A DNA stretch of 64,000 bases from Azolla caroliniana (Eukaryota > Plantae > Polypodiophyta). Shown here piece after piece: positions 44,991 through 58,747 of this stretch; within the stretch, counting starts at the first letter, position 1; each line of letters opens with the position of its first letter. A program made the translations under genes and the position numbers. The stretch spans positions 7,378,001 through 7,442,000 of the forward strand of contig JBHGNT010000005.1 of assembly GCA_043228905.1 (NCBI GenBank), given 5' to 3'. Under the pieces are notes generated by a model that worked only from the letters and a program-made list of their open reading frames with translations, ran no database searches and was not told the DNA's origin.

Positions 44991-45894
44991 AAGCGGACAC
45001 AACCTTTACTCAGCTAAAAGAGGCATTTACATCAGCTCCTATCTTAACGCATATTGATCCCGAAAAGCCATTTACCATTGAGGTGGATGCATCCGACTTT
45101 GCATTAGGAAGTATCCTATCACAACCAGGCAAGGACGGGCAGTCCCATCCAGTCGCGTTTCACTCGAGAAAAATTACTATTGCGGAGATAAACGACGAGG
45201 TGTATGACAAGGAGTTACTAGCTATGGCCGACTCTTTCGAGCAATGGCGACATTTCTTGGAATGATCACCTCATCAAATCATCATTTATAGTGATCACAA
45301 AAATCTTACGTAAATTTTCAAATGACTCGAGTGTTAAATAGGAAACAAGCTCGGTGGGTATAGTTTCTAACTCCTTTTGATTTCAAGATTGTTTTCCGCC
45401 CCAAGAAACAACAAGGGAAAGCATATTGCCGCTATCCAAACAAATCGGGCCCTACATTGTTAACGCCTCCTTCCACTCGTCATTCTTGAAGGGGAGATAG
45501 TGTCATGAATACATATACATCATGTTTGACTTCACATGGGCTTGAAACCAAGACCTTGTAATACATAATCAAGAACCCAACCATTAAGATAGCCTATGAT
45601 CATATAAAATGATGAAAGCTACTTCTTATAATACACTGATTATTGTAAATACTCTGGAACATTCTAATGTTTACTCTGGGCCCTACATTGTTAACGACGC
45701 CTTCCAGTCGTCGTTCTCGAAGGGGAGATAGTGTCATGAATACATTAACATCATGGCTTCACCTGGGCTTGAACCCAAGACCTTCTAATACATAATAAAA
45801 AACCCAACCATTAAGATAGCCTATGATCATATGAAATGATAAAACTTACTTCTTTTAATACACTGTTTATTGTAAATACTCTAGAACATTCTAG

Positions 45895-46376
45895 TGTTTA
45901 CTCTGGGTTGGACTTAGCCTCAAACACAATGTGTCCTTTCTGGAACACTTCACAAAAGGGGTGGTTAAGGGATGGATGTTATCCAACTATTCGATTCCGA
46001 TCCGACTAATTCTGGTTACGTTTCGGATTGTTAAGACACAGCAGATTAGTTATGACATGCGTAAGATTAACAATTGAAGTGTAGAACGACAAGTACACAG
46101 AGACACAATAGAATTAAAACCGAACATTAATCTCATATTACTTTAGTTAAAAAATTACATCGATTTTGGATCCTTTTATAGGCATCTGGTAGGAAATACA
46201 AAACGGTGCCTTACCGGCTACTGGCTATTAATCGGTGCGGATCCGGATCCGTAAAACTATCCGGAATGTCTGTTCCTATAATATTTCCTAACTACTAATT
46301 ATGCTTCTAATTATAATATTATTCTCCAACTCGTCCTTGTAGACATTAACCCTCCGAATCATACTCTAGGCCAACA
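45895..46376 (-). mobile_element. Solo LTR, G2-like family, inserted in the D1 3' LTR
   Basis: TG..CA ends, TSD TCTAG, shares ACAAAACGGTGCC with the G2 LTR. Confidence 0.85.
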
Positions 46377-47479
46377 TCTAGAACATTCTAGAATATCCTA
46401 GAACATCTTAGAATATTCTAGGTCTAGAACATTTTAGAACATTATAGAAATCTCTAGGCTATTCTATAGGAACCTATAAATATAGACATACAATTCATCT
46501 CAAACCAATTTGAATCAACACAAGTCTTAAGCTTTGATTGTCTACCTTGTATCCATTCTCATTCTATCTTAATACATTCATTCTTCTCTTATCACTTCAT
46601 TCCTCTCTTCTTGTCATCTCTTTACATCTTTCTTCTGCCACTCTATCTTTTCTCTTGGTTCTGACAATACCACTTTGTAGTGAATAATGGAACTCGGCCA
46701 CGACCTAGTCAAATGCGAAATGGGGAAGCAAGAAAATACAGAGAGGGAACAAAAATGAGAGTACACAAGATGTTTCGTGGAAAACCCCAAGTCGGGTAAA
46801 AACCAAGGTGCTCACAGACACCAAATAGATCACTATAAGAGAGATATACAATGAGACGAACAAACGGGCACGGACCTAGATTCGTTCACTTCACCAATTG
46901 GTGGTTACAACAGAGGCACTCTCAGTGTCTCTCTCTCTCTCTCTCACGCTTCGTCTGTTCTAGCTATGGAGGCAACAACCTCGCACACACAGTACACAGT
47001 TACACTCTCAACTAACTATGAACAAGACGACACACAGAACATTAAGTTTGCCCTAGTTATCTTTATACTTAGATAACTTTCAGGCTATTTTCATGACTGG
47101 CCTGAGAAGGCTCGACTCAACCTATTTACATTTTTCTTTTGTCCTGAATTCGGCCCATCCAAAAGGGACCTAATTCCCAACATAATGTAGGATGAATCTT
47201 ATCCAAGCCAACAACAACATTATCTTTGTATGCACAAAACATCATTTACAACAATTGTAAATATAATACATACTCTTAGATCACATTTAGAAACTTATCA
47301 TTTGTGATTTGATTGTCATTTCAACTCTTATACAAAATTCTCAACGAGGGTAATGACATAATCACCAATTACATAATCCAAGGGTTATCAAGGCTTTTTT
47401 TGACAACCCTAACATGAATTTCTAGTATTTTCCCCGAGAGGTGCACTTTAAGATGCATAAATCTATGGCTGGCACATTA

Positions 47480-49400
47480 ATGTATTTGATCGTTTTAAGA
47501 GAGCAAGCATGCCTATCCCAACCACGAATGTAGCTCCAACTACAACAACAGTGTATGCTATCAATCCCTAGTTTTCTTGGCTTTGTATGTTTACTCCCGT
47601 TCTTCCATGTTGGAACTCGGTATCACTCTAGGATTCTCGAGGAATACTTTTCTTTGCCACTACTTGACAGTAGTCTAAATGAAGCTTTAGAACCTGAACA
47701 GAATTGTGTTCTAATACACTATTATTGAATGGCTTTCTGAATAAACTAAACTTTGAATATTGCCCAAACTTGAGCTACAACACGAAATATATCTGAACAG
47801 GGAGTTATCTTGACTGACAAGCAAGTATATATTTTGCTCAGAACTAACCTAACATGATTAAAACCTCAAACCATTAAAATAATTAGCCTCCCTAATTTTA
47901 AGATAATTTAGGAAACAAATTGTCAATTGTGATGGCCAAAAGGCATGATAAATAACGGAACCAAGAATGAGCATAATACCTTGGCACCTAACAATCTTGC
48001 ATAAGTTATGGCATTCATAAGATCATCATCAATAGCGAGGATTACACGGTCACCTTCATCATCTTCATATTGCATGCCAAGATCAATGTGACACAATAAA
48101 TCACTTAAAACTAATTAGCAGCCTACAATTTGGAGCAAAAAAAAAAACCATTATATGTGGTGATTTATTGACATAAAAAATCATTACCAAGTCTCTGTGT
48201 TATTGTAGAAATTAGTTTTGTGAAGCTCTTAGTTCCGAAACATTCAACATTCGTGTAACTTCAATTCCAAGTCAAGGGCTCTAAAACCATAACCCATTTA
48301 GCATGTAAACTTTAACATGGAAGTACCACAATTGAAACGATGAACGCTGCCTTTGGAATCCTCTAGTTTAAAAGCAAAGGATGTTTCTAAACCTAATGTT
48401 AGATATTTCAAGTGATCAAGTATGATGCTTTCAACATAGGACTTTGTTGGTCGTGTAAAAATAAATCAATCATATGAATGACATTCATCAACTGTTTAAA
48501 CATGAGAAAAACTTAGACCTATGACTATCATCCTCATCTTCAAGAGGTTCCAATGCAATGGTTGAATCTGAAAACCTCTGTATCATTATGCTTGACAGAT
48601 CAGTATTGCCCTCATCATTGACAACCTACATCATCAGTAATACATAGGAAGTTCTCTTAGTAAAAATACATCTCATGTATTCTTAAGAGTGGGTAGATGT
48701 AAAATGAAGTTTAAAACATGACAAATCTTCTATACCATAGGAACAATGGCATGGGCATCCACACATGCCACAATGCAACCCTTAGCCAAAATCCACCAGA
48801 GAAACTCAAAAACACACAAGGAACACAAGAATGATTTGGATTCTTTAGCGTGATCGTAACTCATAAATGATTTGGTCGTTTTACCTCGATCTATGATAGG
48901 TAAATGAAGGAATTTCCCATCATGCAAAGCATTTACAATGCTCGTATCAATTGTGGTACACTTTGGATTTGGAATCATGACCTATAACAAGAGCATTGTC
49001 AAGACTCTTCATACATAATTGGAGACACATATTTTAGAGGAAAATACCAATAAAAGCATACCTTCTCAACAAGTGTGGACTTTGGTGAAAGGTTCTACAC
49101 AATCACTCGCATTAAAACATCTTTTGAATTGAGACAATACCCTATTATTCAAATTTGAAGGCAAATATGTCCACAAATTCAAGCTACAAATTATGCAAAC
49201 ACTTATTGGATCGGACCTTGTGAAAATAAAAAGTAGAAGTTTATGTGAGGATTCCTTGAGGCTTATTACTATTACTTGTGATGATTACTGAGCTAACCTG
49301 AAGTTCTCGCAACTACTTACTACCATTGTTATTGCTACTCAGAGAGGTGGCAAGATTCACATTCAGAAAAACCTATAACTTGTAGGAGTTCACCTGAGAA
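47480..49400 (-). pseudogene. CBS-PB1-TM (CBSCBSPB family) pseudogene, multi-exon, 5'-truncated
   Basis: Exons SKDVLMRVIV*NLSPKSTLVEK (in-frame stop), MIPNPKCTTIDTSIVNALHDGKFLHLPIIDR, FAFKLEDSKGSVHRFNCG, YEDDEGDRVILAIDDDL (PB1), VLKLHLDY, and a C-terminal hydrophobic segment. Confidence 0.8.
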
Positions 49401-50310
49401 GATCAAAAGGGGAAACATATTGATATTATTATTAGTTTTGTGCCAACAGATTCATTCTTCAATGATGTTCAGAACAATATTGTTGAGACAATCTACATTT
49501 GAGATGCTATGGACAAGTATTTAGGGTTTAATCAGTCACTTACTTCTTGATTCTACCTGATTCATCAATCAAGTATGAACTTTGGACTCTGAATTTGAAG
49601 CGCCACACACAACACGGAGTAGAGTACAAAGCCCCCACACGCAATTGTTGAGTTTAGAGTCAAAATAGAGGCAATCGGTGAGCAAATGTCGAAACCCTAA
49701 AAAAGAGAGAGAAGAAAATAGTCGAAGAATGAAAATAAAAGTTTTGAGCTCTATATCTCTCAAATCCAAAGTATAACTTTAACCACTAAACCATTCATTT
49801 CTAATTATTGTTTTATCATTCTATCAATCTTAATTTTATGAAGTTTTTGATGTCAACCTTTGAGTCGGGCTCCTGGCCTGGGTCAGCCAGGCTCCTAGTG
49901 ACAGAGTCGGGCTCCTGGTGACAGACATTGTCAGCTTTTTATCCACATCGGACAGTGCAGATTGCACGCGCCCTCAGCTTGAGTGACCTGCACCGTCCGC
50001 TCCCGCGATTCCCTCACTTGCCCTCTTTAATATTTGGTACTAGTTAGACACGAGCATGCATCAATCCATCATACATACATGATACATATACATACATACA
50101 TACATCCATATACATCCATATATACATACATACTATACATAAATATATACATACATACATACATTATACATATGTACATACATCTCTGATGTGTTGATAT
50201 ATGTATTTCAGTCATTCCAACTTCCAAGCCCATATACATAGGTATGTACATACATATTTGGGATGATGATGAGATGAAGAGGCTAAAGCCAGAGAGACGT
50301 TGCAAAGCCT

Positions 50311-50357
<47 letters not shown>

Positions 50358-50456
50358 CTAGTACATCCCTGTAGGAAGTGAAACAGGTCTCTCTCTCTCT
50401 CTCCTTCCTCTCAGGGTCCGATTTCCGGTCGTGGGTTCTTTCTCCTCATCTTCTTC

Positions 50457-53400
50457 ATGGAGGAGAATGTAGTAGCAGGATCTGCTACCCCTCCTCCCTC
50501 TTCACGCTCTTCTTCTCGCCTTAATCTTCCACAAGGTGTCTTCCTTCGCCTGGATACGGTCACAACCCCTCCTTCATCTCCCCTGAAGCAACATAAGCAA
50601 CAAACGAAACAAGAGCGGCCACAGCAGCAGCAATCGCCCAGATTAGGGTTTGCATCTGGAGGCAGCCCATCGCCGTCTCGGAATTCGTATAGTGATCGGT
50701 TCATCCCAAGCCGATCAGGTTCGAACCTCAGCAGCTTTGCTCTTCAAGAAAGGTCTCCATTAGCTTCTTCTTCTTCTACTTCGTCTTTGGCCATAGGAGA
50801 TGGGAACCTTGGGGGACGTGAAGATGGGGGCGCCGCATACTCGATGCTGCTTCGAACAGAGCTGTTTGGATATGGGGCAGAGGTAGGCGGTGGGCCTCTG
50901 TCTCCATCGACGATGACAAGTACACCTGAGAAACCTATGTCGATGTCGATGTCGATGTCTATGGTTATGGCTAGATCTGAAATCTCGAAGAGTGCCCCAC
51001 CCCTTAGCCCTAGCAAGAACATTTTTAGGTTCAAGACAGCCTCGGCTTGCAGCCCAAGGCCAGAGTCTCCTTATTCTCTCTCCCCCGTTGGTATTGATGG
51101 CGCCCTCTCTGGTTCAGTCGCAAGCCCTCGGAAAGCTCCTCGCAAGATCCCACGCTCACCTTACAAGGTATATCACAAATCACCCTATACCCCTAACCCC
51201 AGAATTTGCAAGTTTCCTATTTTTTTCTTTGCATTTTTGAAAAAGATCGTGTGTGTTGTGTGTTTATTATTATTAGCTGTTCTTTCTAACATCATACTGC
51301 ACTAACTTTGTAAAGTTAATGCCACAGATCGTTGGAATCTTTGCAAGGTCTTTATATTTGTCATGACTAATGCCAATATATAGGGTTTAAGCTATGATAT
51401 ATATGTATTATTGTTTGGAGGAGTTGCCTTTCAATGTATGTCATGGAGGCTTAAGCTTAAACCTCTAACCCTAGATCTAGCAAGACTGACGTTTGTATGC
51501 AGAGGATGTGTTTATGGTGATCTCTCCTGCATGATGGTGTGGCTTTTCCATTTGTGCATTGTGTCATTGCTTTTTATTTCTAACATTGAATACTCGTAAT
51601 ATTGCGCTTTCCATTTGGAAACGCTTCAAAGTTGTGTCTTTGAAGCAGCCACATTTTTGTCTCTTTAGTATCACCTAAACCAAAGTTGGGTTTTTGGTGT
51701 TCAGGTTAGTGTTACAGTGTTCTATAGCTTCATTTGACGCATTATATCTGTTTGATTGCCAGGTTCTTGATGCCCCAGCTCTTCAAGATGATTTCTACCT
51801 CAATTTGGTAGATTGGTCATCACATAATGTGCTATCAGTGGGTCTGGGCACATGCGTCTACCTCTGGAGTGCTTGTACTAGCAAGGTATATTGAAGTATC
51901 TTAATTTTGTGTTTCCTTTTACATAATAAATATTAACAGAGATTGATTAATTTCTGGAACCATATAATTTGCAGGTAACTAAACTATGTGATTTGGGTCC
52001 AAATGATTCAGTTTGCTCTCTTGGCTGGACCCAAAGAGGGAATTGCCTAGCAGTGGGCACAAACCTTGGTGAAGTCCAAGTATGTTATCACTTTCTTCTT
52101 GCATGCTATGTTCGAAATGAAAGCATTGAAGATAATGTTCAATTTTATAGAAACAAAAACATAGAAGTGCTAATGATAGCTTTCTTGATCATAAAATCCA
52201 AAAATGGATCTCAGGACTAAATCTAAATGTACTTTTCCAGTGATCTTACATCCATTGCTCATGGATTTTTCTTGGGTGTCTCAGATATGGGATGCTGCTC
52301 GCTGTAAAAAGATAAGGACTATGGGAGGACACCGAACCAGAGTAGGAACTTTAGCATGGAGTTCAAGTCTATTGGCGTCAGGTAGTCGAGATCGCAGCAT
52401 TCTGCAAAGGGATGTCCGTGTGCAAGAAGATTTTGTCAACAAACTTTCAGGGCACAAGTCTGAAGTAAATTCTCTCATATGCCTTTTCTTTGATCACCAA
52501 ATATCATCGTATATACTCGTGTGCATTTTGACATGCATATGAATGCATATTGATCCTAATGTGAATTATTTAGGTATGTGGGCTGAAGTGGTCATATGAT
52601 GACCGTGAACTCGCTTCTGGTGGCAATGATAATCAGGTACTTGTGGCTTTGGGTTAAATATATGATATTTATTTAATTCATTCACATGCATCATAAAGAC
52701 CCTATTCGTTGCAGTTATTGGTGTGGGGCCAGCAAGGAACACAACCTTTGTTAAGATTTAGTGAGCATACTGCTGCTGTCAAAGCTATTGCATGGTCGCC
52801 TCATCAGCATGGTGTTTTAGCTTCAGGTGGGGGTACAGCTGATAGATGTATACGCTTTTGGAATACGTCAACAAACAGCCTCTTAAATTGCATAGACACT
52901 GGAAGTCAGGTATTGTTTGGACTCTTCAAGAATATTTCACAATGATTTGAGAGGTTAAATGGTGCTAAATTGTACAGCTTATGATTTAGGTTTGCAACCT
53001 TGCATGGTCGAAAAATGTGAATGAGCTTGTCAGCACACATGGGTACTCTCAAAATCAGATAATCGTGTGGCGGTATCCAACTATGTCTAAGGCATGTTAA
53101 AGCATCTTGATTTGTTGAAAATACTTGTTTCTTTGTACTAGGCGTTGCGTTGCCCATGATGAAGTGAAAACGAATAGTGGTTACTTGCCAAATGGCTATT
53201 TTTCTTCATCATTTAAATTCTATTCCTTCTTTTTTAACTTGTGCTTGATATGATGAAAATGAATAGTGGCTACTTGCAAAATGGCTATTTTTCATCAACA
53301 TTTATATTAAAGCTCCTTCCTTTTTACCCTGTGCTTGATGTGATGCAGCTGGCAACGCTTACTGGGCATACGTTCAGAGTGTTATATCTTGCAATTTCAC

Positions 53401-53735
53401 CAGATGGACAGGTACAATAAATATCTGCACCATAAACAGTCTTAGAGGATCAATCATTTGTTGAGTAATATGCTCTGCTAAGATTTGCATAAGATTCCTG
53501 GTTAAAATTGGGTTTGCAACTTGCCAGACAATTGTCACTGGGGCTGGTGATGAGACTCTAAGATTTTGGACAGTTTTTCCATCTCCTAAGTCTCAGGTAT
53601 CTGATAGTGGAGATTTATTTGTAATTATAATTTTCTGCTTTCTTCATGTGTCTTTGGCCAACATGGAACTTTGTTTTGTAGAGCACTGTTCGTGACACTG
53701 GAGTATGGTCTCTCGGGCGAACACATATAAGATAA
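50457..53735 (+). CDS. CCS52: Fizzy-related / CCS52 (CDH1) APC/C activator, 10 exons, 554 aa: 50457-51167, 51763-51885, 51975-52079, 52285-52464, 52574-52636, 52715-52909, 52990-53091, 53349-53411, 53528-53596, 53682-53735
   Basis: C-box [37 protein letters not shown]40 repeats, RVLYLA, C-terminal IR tail. All introns phase 0; GC donor at 53092. Confidence 0.96.
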
Positions 53736-56612
53736 AATCTAACTCAGGGCAAATAGAAAAGTTTGGGTGAACATGCAGTCTCTCGTGTGAACCCATAGAA
53801 GATAAAATCTAATATAGGGTGGACGAAAGATTGGGAGAGGACACACGTCACTGTTCCTCCTTTGAAAGTGATATCGGCATGTAAATTATTACCAATGATG
53901 TGTACATGTATCTTGATGGAATTGATTGATGAACAACCGTCGGAGAAGAGAAAGAACGACTGGGGTTCTTAAAGGTTAGATCAAATGCTCCATAGGAATT
54001 TAGAACTAGCTTGACAACACACATACAATACACTTCAAAATTTCCCTCTTGATATTCTTTCAGGAGCATATCTGTATGGATTTGGAATCATATACTAACT
54101 GTATCACACAGATTCTTATTAATGCCAAAGTTATAGCTGGGTATTCATTCTGACTCTATCATCCGTAAAGAGACCTTTTCGTGCAGTTTGAATCCCAACT
54201 TTAGGTGGTTTTTTTATTGGGTCTGACATTTCTGTTTGGGCTATATATGTAATCTTTTCGAGCCTTTAATATCTTCTCACTAGGAAGCACTATTCGAGCC
54301 TTTAATCTATGTAATCTATTCGAACCTTCAATACCTTCTCGTTAGGAAGCACTATTTTTGGCAATAAGTATGGATATTCAACAAGATTCCCATTGTGTTG
54401 ATGATAGAACAATCACAGGCAAGGGCAACAGAAAGATTGTCGGTTGGTTTGGAATTAATGGGTTGTCTCCTTTTGAGTTGTACTAAACTTTTCTGTATCC
54501 TTTAGCAAGAGAGTATGTAGTAGTAGCTCATGAAATTGTGACATGGGTGCAACTTTTCTGTATATATATGCTTTATATATTGTGAAAATGTAGCAAGGCT
54601 CAATCAGTTATGTTATGGAGAAAATGTATGACTTGTTTTTTGTAGAATATAATCGGCAGTCTCTTTTTGTGTAGAATTGGAACTTTTGCGTAGGAATGTA
54701 TAGAGCCAGCCAGTATGTTGTCCACAGCTACAATTGGAGTATGAACCGATGGGCAACATCGATTCCATGCCAACTGAACTGAAACATATCTATCATTTCA
54801 AAGTGTAAGATTCGTAATTGTGATAAAAAGCACAATTGCAAGCTCAAATGGTGAGTGAGGCAAGCATTCCAAATTACAAGTTATTATACCAAGTGGACAG
54901 AAACTGTCTGCTCCATTAGATCTCATGAATATGAGGACATATTTCTGTCTCCTCCAAAACGTGACCATAGTACCCTGAGAGATATGTCTTGGTCACACAC
55001 CATGTGTGTCAACAGTAGAAGCTAAAATGCTCAAACAAGAAATATACAATTGGTGTTGTGACCCAGCAATATTATTGGATAAGATGTTATGAAATATACA
55101 TGTGGTGGTAGTGAGCTTGAATTGAACTTTTAGAATGGATAATGTTGCACTGTAAGCACTGTATTCACAACAAAGTTTGCCTACAAAACACCAAGAGGTT
55201 TACAATGAGAATGTGACTAAAACTAACCACCAACTCACCATTATTACAATGTTTAATGACCACACAAAAGCAGCCATACAAGAAACCCTCAACCAACTAG
55301 GTTAATGATAGCCATCATTATTTCTAAATCAGAAAACATTTCTGTAAACTAGGATCATTATGTGAAAATATGTGTCGGTTGTGCGTCTCTTATATGAATA
55401 AGATTGTCAAACATTTCAATGGATGTAAAAATTTAGGGGGACATATTTGTCCTTTGCATGCACTTGGTTCAACACTTGTGCTATTCTTTTGTTGACAATT
55501 TGCAGCAAAAATTCAAGATTATTTTTTACTAGCATATCAAAGCTCTCTTGTCTTTGATATTTTGATCATTTTCATAGATTCTATATAGTTAAACAAAGTT
55601 GAGTTCAAGTGGTGATGCAATATCATATCATGTATATTGTCAAGGGTAGTGGTTAGCTACAACACTAGGTAGGAACTTCCAATCTTTTTAAAAGAAATAG
55701 TTGATTGTCGTCCTCAAACATAAAATCGCATGTGATTATTACCACTCTTGACTACTATTACTTGTAATTAGGGTTGGCGGTGCAATAACCAATTTTACAT
55801 GACTTCCGAGAGTTGTTAATGTTACAATGAGTACCAATTCATGAATGGTAGAAGAAAAAGCAACACGTTCCAATATAGTAGTATCGCTCTATAGTTTTTT
55901 TGTTTTGTTTTTAGTATCTTAAAAAGGGAGGATACAAAAGCCACGCGAAACAACATATAACTTTCATAATCAAATTGTGCTCATGTTGTATCATCCCTAG
56001 GTCAAAGAAGAACAAAAATTGGGGTTGAAGATACGATAATCCCACACTTGCAGACCAACCTTTTGGGCTTTGACTTGAAGACAAAATATTTTTAATAGGT
56101 AGATGCCATGTCCTTCAAGGAAGTGTGGTGAATTGATCTCTCCTTAGGTCCAACACATGGTTGAAAGGGATGTAACGGGAGGTACCTAGGGTGCCATGGT
56201 TATTATTATTATTATTGGCATGTTCTGAAATGGGTAATGAGATTGAGGGTTAGGAAATAAGCTATCAATAAACTATCGCCTATAGCCTAGCCTAGCAGTT
56301 TAGATGGGAGGGAATGTTTTGTGTATGGGAAGTGGTGTGTGGTCGAGGGTGAAGCGAGGAGGCGAGAAGGCGGCGGGCGGGCGGGCAGGTGTCTTCCAAA
56401 CCGGTTTGATTTGGACAAGGACAAACCGGTTAAAGCCGGAACCGAACGGTTGTGGATTCCTAAATCTTTAATTTTTAGTCTGTGTTTGTGTTGGGAGTGT
56501 GAGGTAGGAAATGACGTGGGTCTTAAAAAAAAAGGAGGTAAGGAAGGAAGGAGGAAGATGTACCCCGCGTCCTGCACACATAAACACAGACGCACACAAA
56601 CACACACACACA

Positions 56613-56654
<42 letters not shown>

Positions 56655-56864
56655 CCCCCCGATGAGACCAACGCGCATTGTTTGGCTACAGAGCAATAGA
56701 AAAACAGACATCAAATTGACTGCCAGTTCTTCTTAAACTTGGAAAAGAAGCCCATCTATCTCTTCTCTCTCTATCTGTAAGTCTGTCTCTCTCTTCTGTT
56801 TGTCTGTCTGTGTGTGTGTGTGTCTCTCTCTCTCTCTCTCTCTCTAGAGCTTCTTTCTCTGCGT

Positions 56865-58364
56865 ATGGACGCTCAGACAGAAGAAGGCGCCTCCGCCTCC
56901 GCCTCCGCCTACCCTTCCCTCACCAAAGACAAAATCCTCTCCCTCTCCCTCCTCCTCCTCCTCGACGCCTCCCAAGACGACGATCACCACCAAGAAGACG
57001 ACCTCCGCCGCCGCCTCCTCCTCCATCTCTCCAAGCTGGAGCAGGACGCCATCGCCACCGCCACCGCCTCCGCCTCCTCCATCTCCCACCGCCACATCAA
57101 CAAGCGCCGCCGCCTCTCCTCCTCCTCCTCCCTCCTCTCCCACTATCAGGAGGAGATCGAATCCCACTTCTCAGACCTCGACCACCATGAGGAAGAAGAA
57201 GTAATCGAGCGATGCCGCATCAAGCGCTCCCGCCTCTCCGCCGCCGCCATCGCCGCCATCGCCTCCTCCTCCGCCGCCTCCGCCTCCGCCGCCGCCCAGA
57301 GCTCCGTGCCCCGCCGCCTCTGGGTCAAATCCCGATCCCAGGCATGGTGGGAGAATTGCACCGACCCGGATTTCCCAGACCCCGAGTTCCACAAGGCCTT
57401 CCGGATGTCCAAATCCACCTTCCACCGCCTCTGCGAGGATCTGGGCGCCTCTGTAGCTAAGGAAGACACCATGCTCAGGCAGGCCATCCCCGTCAAGAAG
57501 CGTGTCGCCGTCTGCGTGTGGCGGCTCGCCACCGGGGAGCCCCTTCGCCTAGTCAGCAAGCGCTTCGGCCTCGGCATCTCCACGTGTCACAAGCTGGTGC
57601 TGGAGGTGTGCGCCGCCATCAATGATGTGCTCATCTCCAAGTATGTTCGTTGGCCGCATTCACACCAGGAGGAGATGTCCGGGTTCGAGCGGATGTCCGG
57701 CATCCCCGACGTGGTCGGCGCCATGTATACCGCCCACATCCCCATCATCGCGCCCAAAGTCAATCTCACCGCCTACTACAACAAGCGGCATTCGGAACGC
57801 AACCAGAAGACCTCGTATTCGGTCACTCTCCAAGGGGTTGTCGACCCCCACGGCATCTTCACCGATGTCTGCATCGGCTGGCCCGGGTCTCTCTCGGACG
57901 AAGAAGTCCTCCAGAAATCGGCATTGTACGGGCGCGGCCTCAACGAAGACCTCCGAGGCGTGTGGGTCGTGGGCGGCCCTAGCTACCCTCTCTTGGATTG
58001 GCTCCTTGTCCCTTATGCCCAACAACATCACCTCAATTGGACCCAACATGCCTTCAACGAGAAAGCCGAGGAGATCATCAAGGTCGCGAGGAATGCATTC
58101 GTCCGGCTCAAAGGCCGCTGGCGCTTCTTGCAGAAACGGGCCGAGGTGAAGCTGCAAGAGCTGCCGGCCATTCTAGGGGCGTGTTGCGTGCTACATAACA
58201 TTTGCGAGAAGTACAAGGAAAGCTACGAACCCGACCCCGGGTTTGAGATGCAAGACGACGAGATGTTCTCTGTAAGCGTCCCATGGTCACAACAGGCAAT
58301 GCATAGGCGGGATCAGATAGCACATAATTTGCTACACAATGCGCCAAGATCTAATGCTCTGTGA
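56865..58364 (+). CDS. Intronless HARBI1/ALP1-like (DDE_Tnp_4) domesticated Harbinger transposase, 499 aa
   Basis: RRLWVKSRS..WW, FRMSKSTF..LC, VAVCVWRLATG, RLKGRW, ACCVLHNICE. Catalytic positions read GAMYT, GGPSY and ARNAF. No TIRs seen. Confidence 0.92.
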   Translation: MDAQTEEGASASASAYPSLTKDKILSLSLLLLLDASQDDDHHQEDDLRRRLLLHLSKLEQDAIATATASASSISHRHINKRRRLSSSSSLLSHYQEEIESHFSDLDHHEEEEVIERCRIKRSRLSAAAIAAIASSSAASASAAAQSSVPRRLWVKSRSQAWWENCTDPDFPDPEFHKAFRMSKSTFHRLCEDLGASVAKEDTMLRQAIPVKKRVAVCVWRLATGEPLRLVSKRFGLGISTCHKLVLEVCAAINDVLISKYVRWPHSHQEEMSGFERMSGIPDVVGAMYTAHIPIIAPKVNLTAYYNKRHSERNQKTSYSVTLQGVVDPHGIFTDVCIGWPGSLSDEEVLQKSALYGRGLNEDLRGVWVVGGPSYPLLDWLLVPYAQQHHLNWTQHAFNEKAEEIIKVARNAFVRLKGRWRFLQKRAEVKLQELPAILGACCVLHNICEKYKESYEPDPGFEMQDDEMFSVSVPWSQQAMHRRDQIAHNLLHNAPRSNAL

Positions 58365-58691
58365 CCATACATAGCATAGCCCCCCCCCACACACTTGTGA
58401 AAAATGGCTTGGATAAGAGTGATTTGTTTATTCATATGGGAAGGTCAATTCCCATATTCAAAATTAACAAGCTCTAGACTCTCACCATACTGACTCAAAG
58501 ACACTTGGAACATTAGGTGCAGGTCACTTGATATGCACTAGAAAAACACACAATGGTATAGATGTAAACATTCATTTCTTAGTTGAAATTTATTTTCTTT
58601 TCACTTATCTAAGCATTGTTAAAAACATGAAATTGAAATCTCTTTTGAACTCACTATCCTTGGGCATTCTCTCCATGACATCAAAAGTTAA

Positions 58692-58747
<56 letters not shown>

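Larger units (their letters stand above)
40749..46666 (+). mobile_element. Degenerate Tcn1/Tf1-like Gypsy (D1), integrase deleted
   Basis: LTRs at 40749-41196 and 45732-46666 (interrupted). TSD ATACC. Gag EPKI..P.KFDG, RT (HRSYDCPIDLQPG, IYLDD) at 43405-44598, RNase H at 44991-45265, PPT GAAGGGGAGA. Confidence 0.9.
37814..47182 (-). mobile_element. Old Copia B-family relic: 5' LTR 46676-47182, gag to integrase fragments 37814-40740, multiply interrupted
   Basis: MEDSFGGMFKLT gag, CVYCG knuckle, VRADNEGEY; PBS split by the Tcn1-like insertion. Confidence 0.85.

Noticed and set aside
50069-50410. ORFs over (TACA)n and (CT)n tracts
   Set aside because: Microsatellite translations.
56814-56864. 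Extended N-terminus of the HARBI1-like ORF and its overlapping ORFs
   Set aside because: GTG start inside a microsatellite; the first ATG is at 56865. Overlapping ORFs are GC-rich shadow frames.
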